Shown: piece by piece, positions 37,065-46,237 of the stretch
Layout of the letters: each line of letters begins with the position of its first letter
Numbering within the stretch: position 1 is the stretch's first letter
Origin: Clostridia bacterium
Lineage (GTDB): Bacteria > Bacillota > Clostridia > JAAYHZ01
Assembly: GCA_050950825.1 (NCBI GenBank)
Contig: JBMNIH010000005.1
Location: 64,001 to 128,000, forward strand
Length of the DNA stretch: 64,000 nucleotides
Direction: 5' to 3'
Program-made: the position numbers and the translations under genes
Notes under the pieces: generated by a model
Database searches by the model: none
Told to the model about the DNA's origin: nothing
Seen by the model: the letters and a program-made list of their open reading frames with translations, nothing else

Positions 37065-38537
37065 CTATTCCCCGTCAATCCGCTTCTGATACTCTTTGAC
37101 AAATTGATCCCGTTCCTTCGAACGAAGCATTTCGCGGAAATCTTGTAAAGTGGCGTTTTCCGGTAATATGGGGCGGCCGATCCCGTCTCCAAAGAAGTTG
37201 TATAACAGGTTGGCTCTGTTTAGTATAAAATCCTCGTAAGTATAATAGGGATAAAAGATTCGATCGTTGGGAATTCCGGGGATAATTTGTTTTTCACCGG
37301 TTTTTAAAAGCTCAAGAAACTCTTCGTATCCCACCGGATCGTTGATATGTATGAGCGGCAATACGGGATTACAGAAATTATTCACTATTTTAAAAACATC
37401 GCCGGGGGCATAGTATCTTCCGTCTTGGAATTTGTAGTGAACGTCCTCAACACCGTAGCACAGCAGGCGGTTCAGCTCAATATCGGTTGCGATCCATCTT
37501 AAAAAGATTAGCGATCGTTCCGTATTCTCATTCGCGACAATACCGTAACGGCCGATTATTCTCCTTGCGGTGTAGGGTACGGTATCGTTGATATAAAGGG
37601 TTTCCATTCTTTCGTAAAACTTTAAGTGATCGCTTATACTATCATGATACAGTGCTTGCGAATCGATTAAGCTCATTTTAACACCGCTCTCAATGGACCT
37701 TACATCGTTGTATTTCAGTAAAATCGCTTCCTTTTCATCGAGACGGCTTACGGTCTCAAAGAATTTTTCGAAGACTTCCGTTTCTTCCAAAGGTACGACT
37801 TTTCCGTCCTTGATCCCGAAACCGATATCGACATCGATATATCCCGTCTCTTGGCATAGAAGTCCTATGAGACTTCTTTCGTCCGCCGTAAAGCATTGTT
37901 TTTTCTTTCGATCGAAATATCCGTTATTCACACCGAATTCCGCAAGAGCAATGATGTCGTCTAACGTATCGACGGGAGGTCTTCCGGCGGCGTTATGGAA
38001 TTCCCGATCCACCGTCAAACAGTATTTACTCGTAAGCTGTTCTTGATAAGCCTCCGGAACCAAGTAGATTTTTCCTTTATAGAATACAGGGCTGTCTTCA
38101 TCTTGAATATCTTGTATCTGCATATAGCTTTCCGGATACAGGTTCGGCAAAAGCTCCGTAAGGTCCGCAAGCAGTCCTTCCTCAATTAATTTCTCGGTTC
38201 CGGGCGGATTGCATATAATATCGGCCGGTTCTCCGGATGAAACCCGTAAAACATAATCGTCATACTTGGGTATAAATTCCATGACGAAAGCGGTATTGTA
38301 TTTTTCCATGGTCATGGCGGAGGCCATATCGACGATTTTGGAAAACTCGTACTGCCTTCCGTTTACGGACGAGTCGCCTATCGTCAGTATGCGAAGAGTC
38401 AAAGGCTCAAGCTTGGTTTCTTCCGGCTCTTGGCCCGGTTTTTCCTCCGTCCCTTTTGTGCAGCCTGCGGAGAATATAACGAAAATGACGAGGAGAAATA
38501 TAACCGTTCTTTTTCTCGTTTCCACAATAATCACCAA
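37065..38537 (-). CDS. Solute-binding-like lipoprotein paralogue 3 (intact)
   Basis: Lipobox FSAGC, SGEPADI, LADLTELL, KGKIYLVP and LCYGVEDVHY resemble family-1 sugar-binding proteins. Confidence 0.8.
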   Translation of the reverse strand: MVIIVETRKRTVIFLLVIFVIFSAGCTKGTEEKPGQEPEETKLEPLTLRILTIGDSSVNGRQYEFSKIVDMASAMTMEKYNTAFVMEFIPKYDDYVLRVSSGEPADIICNPPGTEKLIEEGLLADLTELLPNLYPESYMQIQDIQDEDSPVFYKGKIYLVPEAYQEQLTSKYCLTVDREFHNAAGRPPVDTLDDIIALAEFGVNNGYFDRKKKQCFTADERSLIGLLCQETGYIDVDIGFGIKDGKVVPLEETEVFEKFFETVSRLDEKEAILLKYNDVRSIESGVKMSLIDSQALYHDSISDHLKFYERMETLYINDTVPYTARRIIGRYGIVANENTERSLIFLRWIATDIELNRLLCYGVEDVHYKFQDGRYYAPGDVFKIVNNFCNPVLPLIHINDPVGYEEFLELLKTGEKQIIPGIPNDRIFYPYYTYEDFILNRANLLYNFFGDGIGRPILPENATLQDFREMLRSKERDQFVKEYQKRIDGE

Positions 38538-38566
38538 ACCCTTTTTACATATTTTTCATTATCGAT

Positions 38567-38836
38567 TAAAACCCATAAGCTCTTTGATATGCTCCGTCAA
38601 TTTCGTCGGCGGACACCCTGTTCGTCAAGTCCTTGTATTGCGCAAGGTCCTTCTCGAAATCTCCCGTATCATTAACCGCATAATGATGCATAATCCAAAT
38701 TTTCATACCTTGAAACGGTTTTCACGGTTTCCGTCCCTTCAATTTCTTCCGGTTCTTTAGGAAAATCGTTACACCCTGAAAACAAAAGGATTCCTATAAT
38801 CGGCATTAAGAATGCGGCTTTCATTTTTTTGCCCAT
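38567..38836 (-). pseudogene. Probable lipoprotein remnant (short, frameshifted)
   Basis: MGKKMKAAFLMPIIGILLFSGC lipobox, stop after about 54 aa; another frame continues YAVNDTGDFEKDLAQYKDL... Confidence 0.4.
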
Positions 38837-39078
38837 GTTAGACCTGCTTTCTCGTTGATAATGACAAGCAAAACACACCGGGCATATTTACTCAATATGC
38901 AAATGTCATATGGAAATATCCAAATCACACCACATATCCATTATATCAATATATAGGTAAAAAGGAAACATATCATAAATACGAATAGATCTTGTTAAAT
39001 AACGGCAAAAAACTTTTTCCCGCAAGATATGCTTTCTCAAGGAGAAGAATATCCGGCTGTTCTTTTTGGAATTAACAA

Positions 39079-39930
39079 TCAGGATTTGTTTTTTCGTTTT
39101 GACATGATAAGAACGGACAGGATGTAGAAAACCACGGAGCTTGAAAGTAAAATCGCCAAATGCCCCCAAAAGGGCAGAAATCCGTTCCCCGCCTCAAACC
39201 GAATACCCATAAACAAAACGGTGTGCTCCGGAATATACGACAAAGGAACCGCTTCTTCGATCATGATTTGTCGCAAAGCGCAGGCGGCGTGGGATACGGG
39301 TATCCATTTTATGATCGTTTGGATAAAAGAAGGCAGGTTCCCGATGGGGATATACACCCCCGTGAGAAAGCCGATCAAGGTACCGATGAGAGTTGACAAT
39401 GTTCCGAAGGCATTGGGACTTTTTACGGATGTGACAAGCAAGAAAACAAGGGCGCCGGATGAGCTTACGGACAAAAGAATCACGACTAAAGCTTTGAGCA
39501 GTGCCTTGAAAGGAAGAAATCTTCCGCCGAAAAGAACGATATACGCCTCGCCGAGGAAAAAGGTGAGCAACGACATCAATCGTCCGATTACAAGGGAGGA
39601 TAAAACATAAGAGAGGACCAAATAGGCTCGAGGTACGGGTGAGCTTTCGAAGTCCTTGAAAATTCCTTTTCCCCTATCCTCCACCATAATGCCGAAGCCT
39701 CCTAAGCAGGTGGTCGTGGAGGTTGCCGCAACAATGCCGGACATGAGCCAGGAATCCATAAAGAACCGAGCCGCTTCCCCTGCATATTTTTCGGCCTCTT
39801 GTACCACCAAGGAACCGAGAAACAAAATATACATCAGAATCATGACAATAACACCGAGCATGGAGAAGAATACGGCGGCTCTGTCGCGAAAATACAGTTT
39901 GAGGTTTCGTATTACCAAAGCCTTAAGCAC
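39079..39930 (-). CDS. ABC-2 type exporter permease
   Basis: RNLKLYFRDRAAVFFS, about 6 TM segments, GTLIGFLTGVYIP. Confidence 0.9.
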   Translation of the reverse strand: MLKALVIRNLKLYFRDRAAVFFSMLGVIVMILMYILFLGSLVVQEAEKYAGEAARFFMDSWLMSGIVAATSTTTCLGGFGIMVEDRGKGIFKDFESSPVPRAYLVLSYVLSSLVIGRLMSLLTFFLGEAYIVLFGGRFLPFKALLKALVVILLSVSSSGALVFLLVTSVKSPNAFGTLSTLIGTLIGFLTGVYIPIGNLPSFIQTIIKWIPVSHAACALRQIMIEEAVPLSYIPEHTVLFMGIRFEAGNGFLPFWGHLAILLSSSVVFYILSVLIMSKRKNKS

Positions 39931-40842
39931 CTATCTCATCTCCTTTCCGGTGATCCGGATAAAAACATCGTCCATGGATCCGTTAATAACTTGGAAATCT
40001 TCCAGGTTACCGCTCAACAGATTTAATAGAGGCAGGCTGTCTACGGATCGGTTCAATTCAACGACATACTCCCCGTTTTCCCTTCGGTACTTTATGTTTT
40101 CCCGCAGCAGCGCCTCTTCCGCTTTTTGCTTGTCGATAGGAATAAAACGTAAGGTATCCGTGGTATAGCGATTTTTAAGCTCCGTCGGCGTTCCTTTGGC
40201 AACGACGGATCCTTCGTCGATGACAACCACATAATCGGCGGATGCCGCTTCTTCCATGTAGTGGGTGGTCAAAAACACCGTCATACCCGTGCTTTGTTGT
40301 ATGGATCGGATCGTGTCCCAAACGCTTTTCCGCGTTTGGGGATCTAAGCCCGTTGTAGGCTCGTCAAGAAAAAGAATATCCGGACGGTGAACCAATGCGC
40401 GGGCGATATCGGCTCTGCGGCGCTGTCCTCCGGAAAGTTTCCCGTAGGGGCGGTTTGCAAGATCGGATATTTGCACCGTTTCCATGGCTTTTCTCACCCG
40501 ATCTTCAATTTCCGCTTTTGTACCGCCGTAAAAGCTTCCCCGTGTCGTTAAGTTTTCTTTTACGGTAAGCAAATCATCCAAAAAATGATTTTGAAATACG
40601 ATGCCTATCCGTTTTCGTATCGAAGCATCCTCCGTGCCGACTCGAAGCCCGTCGACGAAAATGACGCCTTCATCGTAAGTAAGTAAAGTCGTAATCATGT
40701 TGATTACGGTGGTCTTTCCGGCTCCGTTGGGCCCTAAGAACGCAAACAGCGTTCCTTTTTCCACATAAAAATCGATCCCCTTTACGGCATAAAGGGACCC
40801 GTAATACTTTTTAAGACCTTGTACCTCGATAACTTTATCCAA
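39931..40842 (-). CDS. ABC exporter ATP-binding protein (DrrA-like)
   Basis: GPNGAGKTT, LSGGQ, LDEPTTGLDP and TTHYMEEA. Confidence 0.93.
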   Translation of the reverse strand: MDKVIEVQGLKKYYGSLYAVKGIDFYVEKGTLFAFLGPNGAGKTTVINMITTLLTYDEGVIFVDGLRVGTEDASIRKRIGIVFQNHFLDDLLTVKENLTTRGSFYGGTKAEIEDRVRKAMETVQISDLANRPYGKLSGGQRRRADIARALVHRPDILFLDEPTTGLDPQTRKSVWDTIRSIQQSTGMTVFLTTHYMEEAASADYVVVIDEGSVVAKGTPTELKNRYTTDTLRFIPIDKQKAEEALLRENIKYRRENGEYVVELNRSVDSLPLLNLLSGNLEDFQVINGSMDDVFIRITGKEMR

Positions 40843-40968
40843 TTACCGCCACCTCGACCGGTATCCATAAAATCGACTTTAAACGTAAAAACGATTTTCT
40901 CTTCTCATACCGCATTTATTATATCTTACTTTCACCCATCAAAAAAAGTAAAAAAGGTATAATCGAAT

Positions 40969-40997
40969 TGAAACTATTTCATCCTCCGAAACGAATA
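40969..40997 (+). promoter_or_regulatory. ECF sigma-type promoter (probably autoregulatory)
   Basis: TGAAAC-N17-CGAATA about 30 nt upstream of the ECF sigma GTG; resembles B. subtilis SigW/SigM promoters. Confidence 0.55.
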
Positions 40998-41026
40998 TAT
41001 GGATAGGAGGACAAGTAAAAGGAGGT

Positions 41027-41581
41027 GTGGCTTTGGAGGAAGAAATCCGGCTGATACGAAAAATTCAAGCATCCGGCAACAGGGCGGCTGCCGACCTGTT
41101 GGTACGAAAATACTTCGATGAAATATATGCTTATGTCTGTAAGCAGACCTCCGACAAGCACACCGCCATGAACCTTGTGCAAAATATTTTTGTGTCCATG
41201 CTGCAATCCATTGGAGGCTTCGATGCAAAAAAAGCAAGCTTTCGTACCTGGCTGTACCGCATCGCCACGAACAAGACCATCGATTATTTTCGCAGCCAAA
41301 AAACGGAGAAAATGCATGTGCTTTGCATCGACGATATGGACATTCCGGACGAAACCGAATTTACGAAAAGGACGGAAGAAAAGGACTTGGTGTCCAAAGT
41401 GCTGTGCTATGTCAATTCGTTGGAAATGAGCTTGCAGCAAATTTTTCGATTGAAGTTCTTCGGAGAATACACTTTTTCGGAAATAGCGAGCCTTTTGGAC
41501 ATGCCGGAGTCCACGGTGAAATCGAAATATTACCGATTATTAAAATTATTGAGGGAGGAGTTTAAAAATGAATATGATTAG
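41027..41581 (+). CDS. ECF RNA polymerase sigma-70 factor
   Basis: FRTWLYRIATNKTIDYFR (region 2) and YTFSEIASLLDMPESTVKSKYYR (region 4); AAGGAGG RBS. Confidence 0.92.
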   Translation: MALEEEIRLIRKIQASGNRAAADLLVRKYFDEIYAYVCKQTSDKHTAMNLVQNIFVSMLQSIGGFDAKKASFRTWLYRIATNKTIDYFRSQKTEKMHVLCIDDMDIPDETEFTKRTEEKDLVSKVLCYVNSLEMSLQQIFRLKFFGEYTFSEIASLLDMPESTVKSKYYRLLKLLREEFKNEYD

Positions 41582-42296
41582 ACCTTCCGACGAAGAAAAG
41601 GAACGAGCCGTCGAATATATTCTATCCAAAGGATTGAAAAAACCGAAAAGCCTATGGCAAGAGCTATACGATATGTACCGTGCCCTCGGGCTTCGTTACG
41701 TCTTTTACGATGCGGCATCCTCTATGGGTATAGCCGTTTTTGTCATGATAGGATTTTATATGATAAGCCTTATGTCATCGGAGCAATATACCAATGCCTC
41801 CATGTTTGCCGCGGCTCCCGTATTTTTCATTTTCGTTCTGATTCTTACGGAAACGGCGGAGCGGATGAGCGTGTTGTACGAATTGAAAATGACCTGCAAA
41901 TATACGATCCGGCAAATCGCCGCCTTTCGTATCCTTTGCTTTTCGCTGATGGGCACCGTTTTTTGCACCCTTGCAAGCCTTTTTGTCGGATATACGGATA
42001 TCGGGGATTTTCTCCGACCTTTTTCGCTATCGCTCTGTGCATTATTCCTCTGCTCATTTCTAAGCCTGTACATCATAGAGGCTTTTCGTAAGATCCCGTT
42101 CACTCCCGTACTGCTTTGGTTCGCCATGAATCTTTTACCCCTCCTTTTCTTCGGAGAACACTGGGAAAACTTTTTATCCCGTGTTCCGATCGCCCTCACC
42201 TTCTGTGTTGCTTTTGTCGCCTTCGTGTTGTTTATTACGGAAATTAAAAAGCTGATGAAAATCAAAAGAGAGGTACCGTATTATGCTGGCTGTTAA
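41568..42296 (+). CDS. Membrane protein coupled to the ECF sigma (possible anti-sigma factor)
   Basis: About 6 TM segments; overlaps both the sigma and ABC genes; YELKMTCKYT motif. Confidence 0.65.
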   Translation: MNMIRPSDEEKERAVEYILSKGLKKPKSLWQELYDMYRALGLRYVFYDAASSMGIAVFVMIGFYMISLMSSEQYTNASMFAAAPVFFIFVLILTETAERMSVLYELKMTCKYTIRQIAAFRILCFSLMGTVFCTLASLFVGYTDIGDFLRPFSLSLCALFLCSFLSLYIIEAFRKIPFTPVLLWFAMNLLPLLFFGEHWENFLSRVPIALTFCVAFVAFVLFITEIKKLMKIKREVPYYAGC

Positions 42297-43137
42297 CCGT
42301 GTTACAAAAAAATATGGAGGCTTTACCGCCCTTGAGGATATCTCTATCGAGTTTACAAAGGGCGTGTACGCCTTGCTTTCGCCTAACGGCGGAGGGAAAA
42401 CCACCTTGATCAAAATGCTTGTCACCCTGCTTTTTCCCACGAAGGGGGAAATCCTATGGGACGGAAGCGATATATCAAGTCTAGGGGAAGAATATAGAGA
42501 GATCATCGGGTATCTGCCCCAAGACTTCGGATATTACAAAAACCAAACTCCCCGCACCTTTTTAAATTACTTGGCGGCCTTGAAAGGTATCGAGCCCGGC
42601 ACGGCAAAGAAAAAAACGGAGGAGCTTTTGCGTCTTGTATCCCTTGGCGATGTTGCGGATAAAAAAATGCGGAAATTCTCGGGCGGTATGATACAAAGGG
42701 TCGGCATCGCACAAGCCTTGCTGAACGATCCGAAATTATTGATACTGGACGAGCCTACGGCAGGCCTTGACCCGAAGGAGCGGGTCCGCTTTCGCAATTT
42801 GATCTCGGAGCTTTCCAAGGATCGAATCGTCATTTTATCCACCCATATCGTATCGGACGTAGAAACCATTGCCAACCGCGTTATCATGCTTAAGGACCGC
42901 AAAATCTTATGCAACGATACGCCCTCCAATATCTGCAATACGTTAAAAGGCAAGGTCTATGAAACAAGGAATACGGATGCCATCCCGAAGCCCTATTTCC
43001 CTTTGACGCAGAGGCAGGAGGACGGGTATACCTATGTTCGATTTGTTTGCGACGAGGAATGTCCCGGTCCGGCAAAGCCCGTAACGCCGAATTTGGAAGA
43101 CGTGTTTTTATATGTCTTCCGAGACGAGGTGATATGA
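42283..43137 (+). CDS. ABC exporter ATP-binding protein
   Basis: SPNGGGKTT, FSGGM, LDEPTAGLDP and STHIVSD. Confidence 0.93.
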   Translation: MLAVNRVTKKYGGFTALEDISIEFTKGVYALLSPNGGGKTTLIKMLVTLLFPTKGEILWDGSDISSLGEEYREIIGYLPQDFGYYKNQTPRTFLNYLAALKGIEPGTAKKKTEELLRLVSLGDVADKKMRKFSGGMIQRVGIAQALLNDPKLLILDEPTAGLDPKERVRFRNLISELSKDRIVILSTHIVSDVETIANRVIMLKDRKILCNDTPSNICNTLKGKVYETRNTDAIPKPYFPLTQRQEDGYTYVRFVCDEECPGPAKPVTPNLEDVFLYVFRDEVI

Positions 43138-44291
43138 TGCGTATTTACCGATTCGAGCTGAAAAAATTACTCTCATCCGTTGCCGTATGGGGATTTTTAG
43201 CCGCTTGTCTTTCGGTTAACATGGCGTTTGTTTGCAATTCCCGTGATCCTTACGGGGATTTTATCGGCACCGTATCGAAGCAAACGGGATACGTTTTGAA
43301 TAACGACTTTTATGATAAACTCTCGAAGCTTACGGTAGAAAAAGCTCATGCCGATTACTTGGAACGGCTAAAAATCGAGACGGAAAATGTTGAAGATGTG
43401 TTTGAAGGCTACAATGCAAAAAGAATAGGAGAAAGATACATTGAAGCGGCGAAATTGGAAGGCATATTTGCCGAGGCCATGCGTCATAAATACACAAGGC
43501 TGCAGAAGGTAACGGACGAAAAAGCGAAAAACGACGAAAGCCTGTCCCTTTATTTTGCAGGCTCCACATATTACCGCCATCAATTTCTTTTTAACGATTT
43601 AATAGGCGTTCTGTTAACCGAAGGGGCTCTTGCTTCCGTTCTTTTGGCTTTGCTCGCGGCAGGATACGAAGGAATTTATCGAACGGAGAATCTTGTGTAT
43701 TCCTCTAAAAAAGGCCGTGAAATCCTACGTCCGAAGCTTTTCGCCTCCCTGTCGGCGGGAGTTATGTTTTACGCACTTTTGGCGTTTATCACTTTCCTTG
43801 TCTATTTCGGTATCAACGATTTCGGAGGTATCGGGAAAAGCTTCGTGTCAAGCGTATTCAATTACAGAATCGACCTTATTGCAGGCGATCGACCGTTTAT
43901 AACGTGGCAAAGCTTTACTGTCCAAACGTACCTTTTGGCGGTGCTCTTTGTAGGGGCAGGCATCGTTCTGTGCTTTTCCTTAATGGCATTCGGCATCGGG
44001 GTGTTTGTTCGAAACAGCTACATATCCTTTTTCCTATTCCTTATCGCCAACGCGGCAACCCTCGCGCTGCCTTTGCAAATGCCTTTAAACTCCATAGGGT
44101 ATGCCGTAATCTCCGTCATTGTACTTTCGCCGGTAACGCTGTGGCTAAAGCACGGCTTGTGGTTTACCGACGGAGACATTGACATTGTATGGACGCATTT
44201 TGAAACGTTAGGGCTTTTCGTATCCCTTGTTGTTTTAACGGCTTTTTGCCTTCTTGCTCTACATTATTTCAGAAAGAGGAATTTGACATGA
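43134..44291 (+). CDS. ABC exporter permease with extracellular loop
   Basis: MRIYRFELKKL start, multiple TM segments, YSSKKGR. Confidence 0.8.
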   Translation: MMRIYRFELKKLLSSVAVWGFLAACLSVNMAFVCNSRDPYGDFIGTVSKQTGYVLNNDFYDKLSKLTVEKAHADYLERLKIETENVEDVFEGYNAKRIGERYIEAAKLEGIFAEAMRHKYTRLQKVTDEKAKNDESLSLYFAGSTYYRHQFLFNDLIGVLLTEGALASVLLALLAAGYEGIYRTENLVYSSKKGREILRPKLFASLSAGVMFYALLAFITFLVYFGINDFGGIGKSFVSSVFNYRIDLIAGDRPFITWQSFTVQTYLLAVLFVGAGIVLCFSLMAFGIGVFVRNSYISFFLFLIANAATLALPLQMPLNSIGYAVISVIVLSPVTLWLKHGLWFTDGDIDIVWTHFETLGLFVSLVVLTAFCLLALHYFRKRNLT

Positions 44292-45469
44292 GAATTGTTT
44301 TTCATGAGATGAGAAAAATTTGGAATATACGAATACTTGGAATTATCGTTCTGCTATGTTCTTTGTATTACCTTTTATTCATGAGCTTTAACATCGTGTA
44401 CTTTCCTAACGGCCATTCGATGACCGAAGAATTCGAATACAGCGTAGAGCTTCTCAATCGTTACGGTCCTACGTTGGAAGAGGAGGAATTTATCGAATTT
44501 ACGACGGAAACGCGTGAAAAGCTGATCGCCGAGATGAACGGGTATATAAAGAGCATGCCGGTATTTGCCGATGCCGGAATATTCTCTTTCGAAGATTATG
44601 AAAAAGTAAGAGAAAAACCGACAAATACGGAAGCGGAAAGAAAAGCTGTTTGGACTTTATTAGGAGAAGAATGCGATTACGTTCGGTTCAAGCTTCAAGC
44701 CCTCGATTTGATTTCCGAGCGGTATCGTAATTATCCTATGTACATGCTGCCAAGATTGATATCGGAGGCCGAGTCTTACGGAAAGCGGGAAACGGCCCGA
44801 TTGAACTTCATCGAAGCGACGGAAGAATACCGAAACATTATGGATCAATACACATACGAAGACAGCGTAGAGTATTTTGTCGCCTTAGCCGTATTATCGG
44901 TCCTGTCGGTGTTGGTGCTGGTCTCCCCCCTTATTACGGGCGATCGGGCGAGAGAAATTCATCTTCTTCAATACACCGCAAAGCAAGGACGGAAAATTTT
45001 ACGCAAGCAGCTTACGGCCATCATCCTTTCGGCCTTTATTCTCACGACCTTGTTGGTCCTTATCTTCGGTGCCATTTACAGCGTTAACGGAACCTTCGTA
45101 TTTTGGAACAGCGGCATAACTTCCTTTTTGAACCGGACCTTTTGGATTGACATTACGTACGGACAATACATTCTGCTTTCCGTTGCCATGCTCTATATAA
45201 TTTGCTTAGGCACGGCGACTTTCGCCTTCTTGGCATCGAGGTTCAGCCGAAACCTCATTGCCTTGATCCTGAAGTTGATTCCCGTATTTTTCGCACTGTT
45301 GGCCTTATGCAGAATCGTTTTGAGATACACCTTCAGTCCGGGAAATTCCCTGTATCGAATTACAAGAATCATCGGAACGGAGCCTTTTGTTTGCATCCTT
45401 GTAATGATTATCGGTTTAGTCATGTCCTTTTATGTCCTTCGTAAGGAAAAGAGGGCGGATACGGTATAG
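44288..45469 (+). CDS. ABC exporter permease with extracellular loop
   Basis: MRIVFHEMRKIW start (ATGA overlap), LQYTAKQGRK, multiple TM segments. Confidence 0.8.
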   Translation: MRIVFHEMRKIWNIRILGIIVLLCSLYYLLFMSFNIVYFPNGHSMTEEFEYSVELLNRYGPTLEEEEFIEFTTETREKLIAEMNGYIKSMPVFADAGIFSFEDYEKVREKPTNTEAERKAVWTLLGEECDYVRFKLQALDLISERYRNYPMYMLPRLISEAESYGKRETARLNFIEATEEYRNIMDQYTYEDSVEYFVALAVLSVLSVLVLVSPLITGDRAREIHLLQYTAKQGRKILRKQLTAIILSAFILTTLLVLIFGAIYSVNGTFVFWNSGITSFLNRTFWIDITYGQYILLSVAMLYIICLGTATFAFLASRFSRNLIALILKLIPVFFALLALCRIVLRYTFSPGNSLYRITRIIGTEPFVCILVMIIGLVMSFYVLRKEKRADTV

Positions 45470-45603
45470 GAGAAAAGACCGTATGAACGTCCCGGCACTT
45501 GTCCATAAGGCTTCCGGCCGCCCTTGTTGCAAAGGATGCGCTTAATTACCCCTTCGTCGTTGCCGTAAACATAATTAGGATAGCCTTTTATCGTGTCATA
45601 CGG

Positions 45604-46167
45604 TTAGTCTCCGAAGGCATTCTCATTCTTTCGAATGTAGCATACCAATAAAGAATCGAAGTCGATTGCCCTTTTGACAAATTCATTGTCGAACTCGTCG
45701 AAAAGCTTTTCCTTGTATGATGCGGAAAAGCTTTCGACGGTTCCGTCGTTGTATTTTGCAAGCCGTTCCTCGTTTTTTTCATAGATTCTTATGGCTTCCT
45801 TCATAATACGGCTCAAATCCTCATCTCCGATAACCGAAAATCCCTCTTGTGCCGTTGATACAAACCTTTTTGTCGTATTGAAAAACAATTGTGTTAGCCC
45901 GCCGTTGTTGATTTCATCAATAACGGTACAGCACGCATATACATACCGGCAGGGTATTGGCAAGGATTCCATGACTTCATTTTCATCGATTCTTTTCTCA
46001 TTGAATTTTTCTTGCATCCGGCTCATGACGGCGGTTTTCAGATCGTCATCGGCTACGGAAGCCAATTGTCCCTTCTTGAGTGTTTTGTATTTTTCCAATT
46101 TATGAATATATTCATTCAAGCTATTCTCGATGTCTTTATTCATCTTTAAAAGATCAAATAATCTCAT
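45604..46167 (-). CDS. DUF4375 / DMP19 family protein
   Basis: EINNGGLTQLFFN, FDEFDNEF and LLVCYIRKN. The start could be 46200 instead. Confidence 0.75.
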   Translation of the reverse strand: MRLFDLLKMNKDIENSLNEYIHKLEKYKTLKKGQLASVADDDLKTAVMSRMQEKFNEKRIDENEVMESLPIPCRYVYACCTVIDEINNGGLTQLFFNTTKRFVSTAQEGFSVIGDEDLSRIMKEAIRIYEKNEERLAKYNDGTVESFSASYKEKLFDEFDNEFVKRAIDFDSLLVCYIRKNENAFGD

Positions 46168-46237
46168 GCTTTCTTTTCCCTTCTTATGTTTAGAATTCAA
46201 GCGTATTCCCTGCCGGCAAAATATTTACGAATCTACG

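Noticed and set aside
33504-38537. Diversity-generating retroelement or CRISPR-like repeats
   Set aside because: The repeats are whole-gene paralogues, there is no reverse transcriptase or cas gene, and the differences are not adenine-specific.
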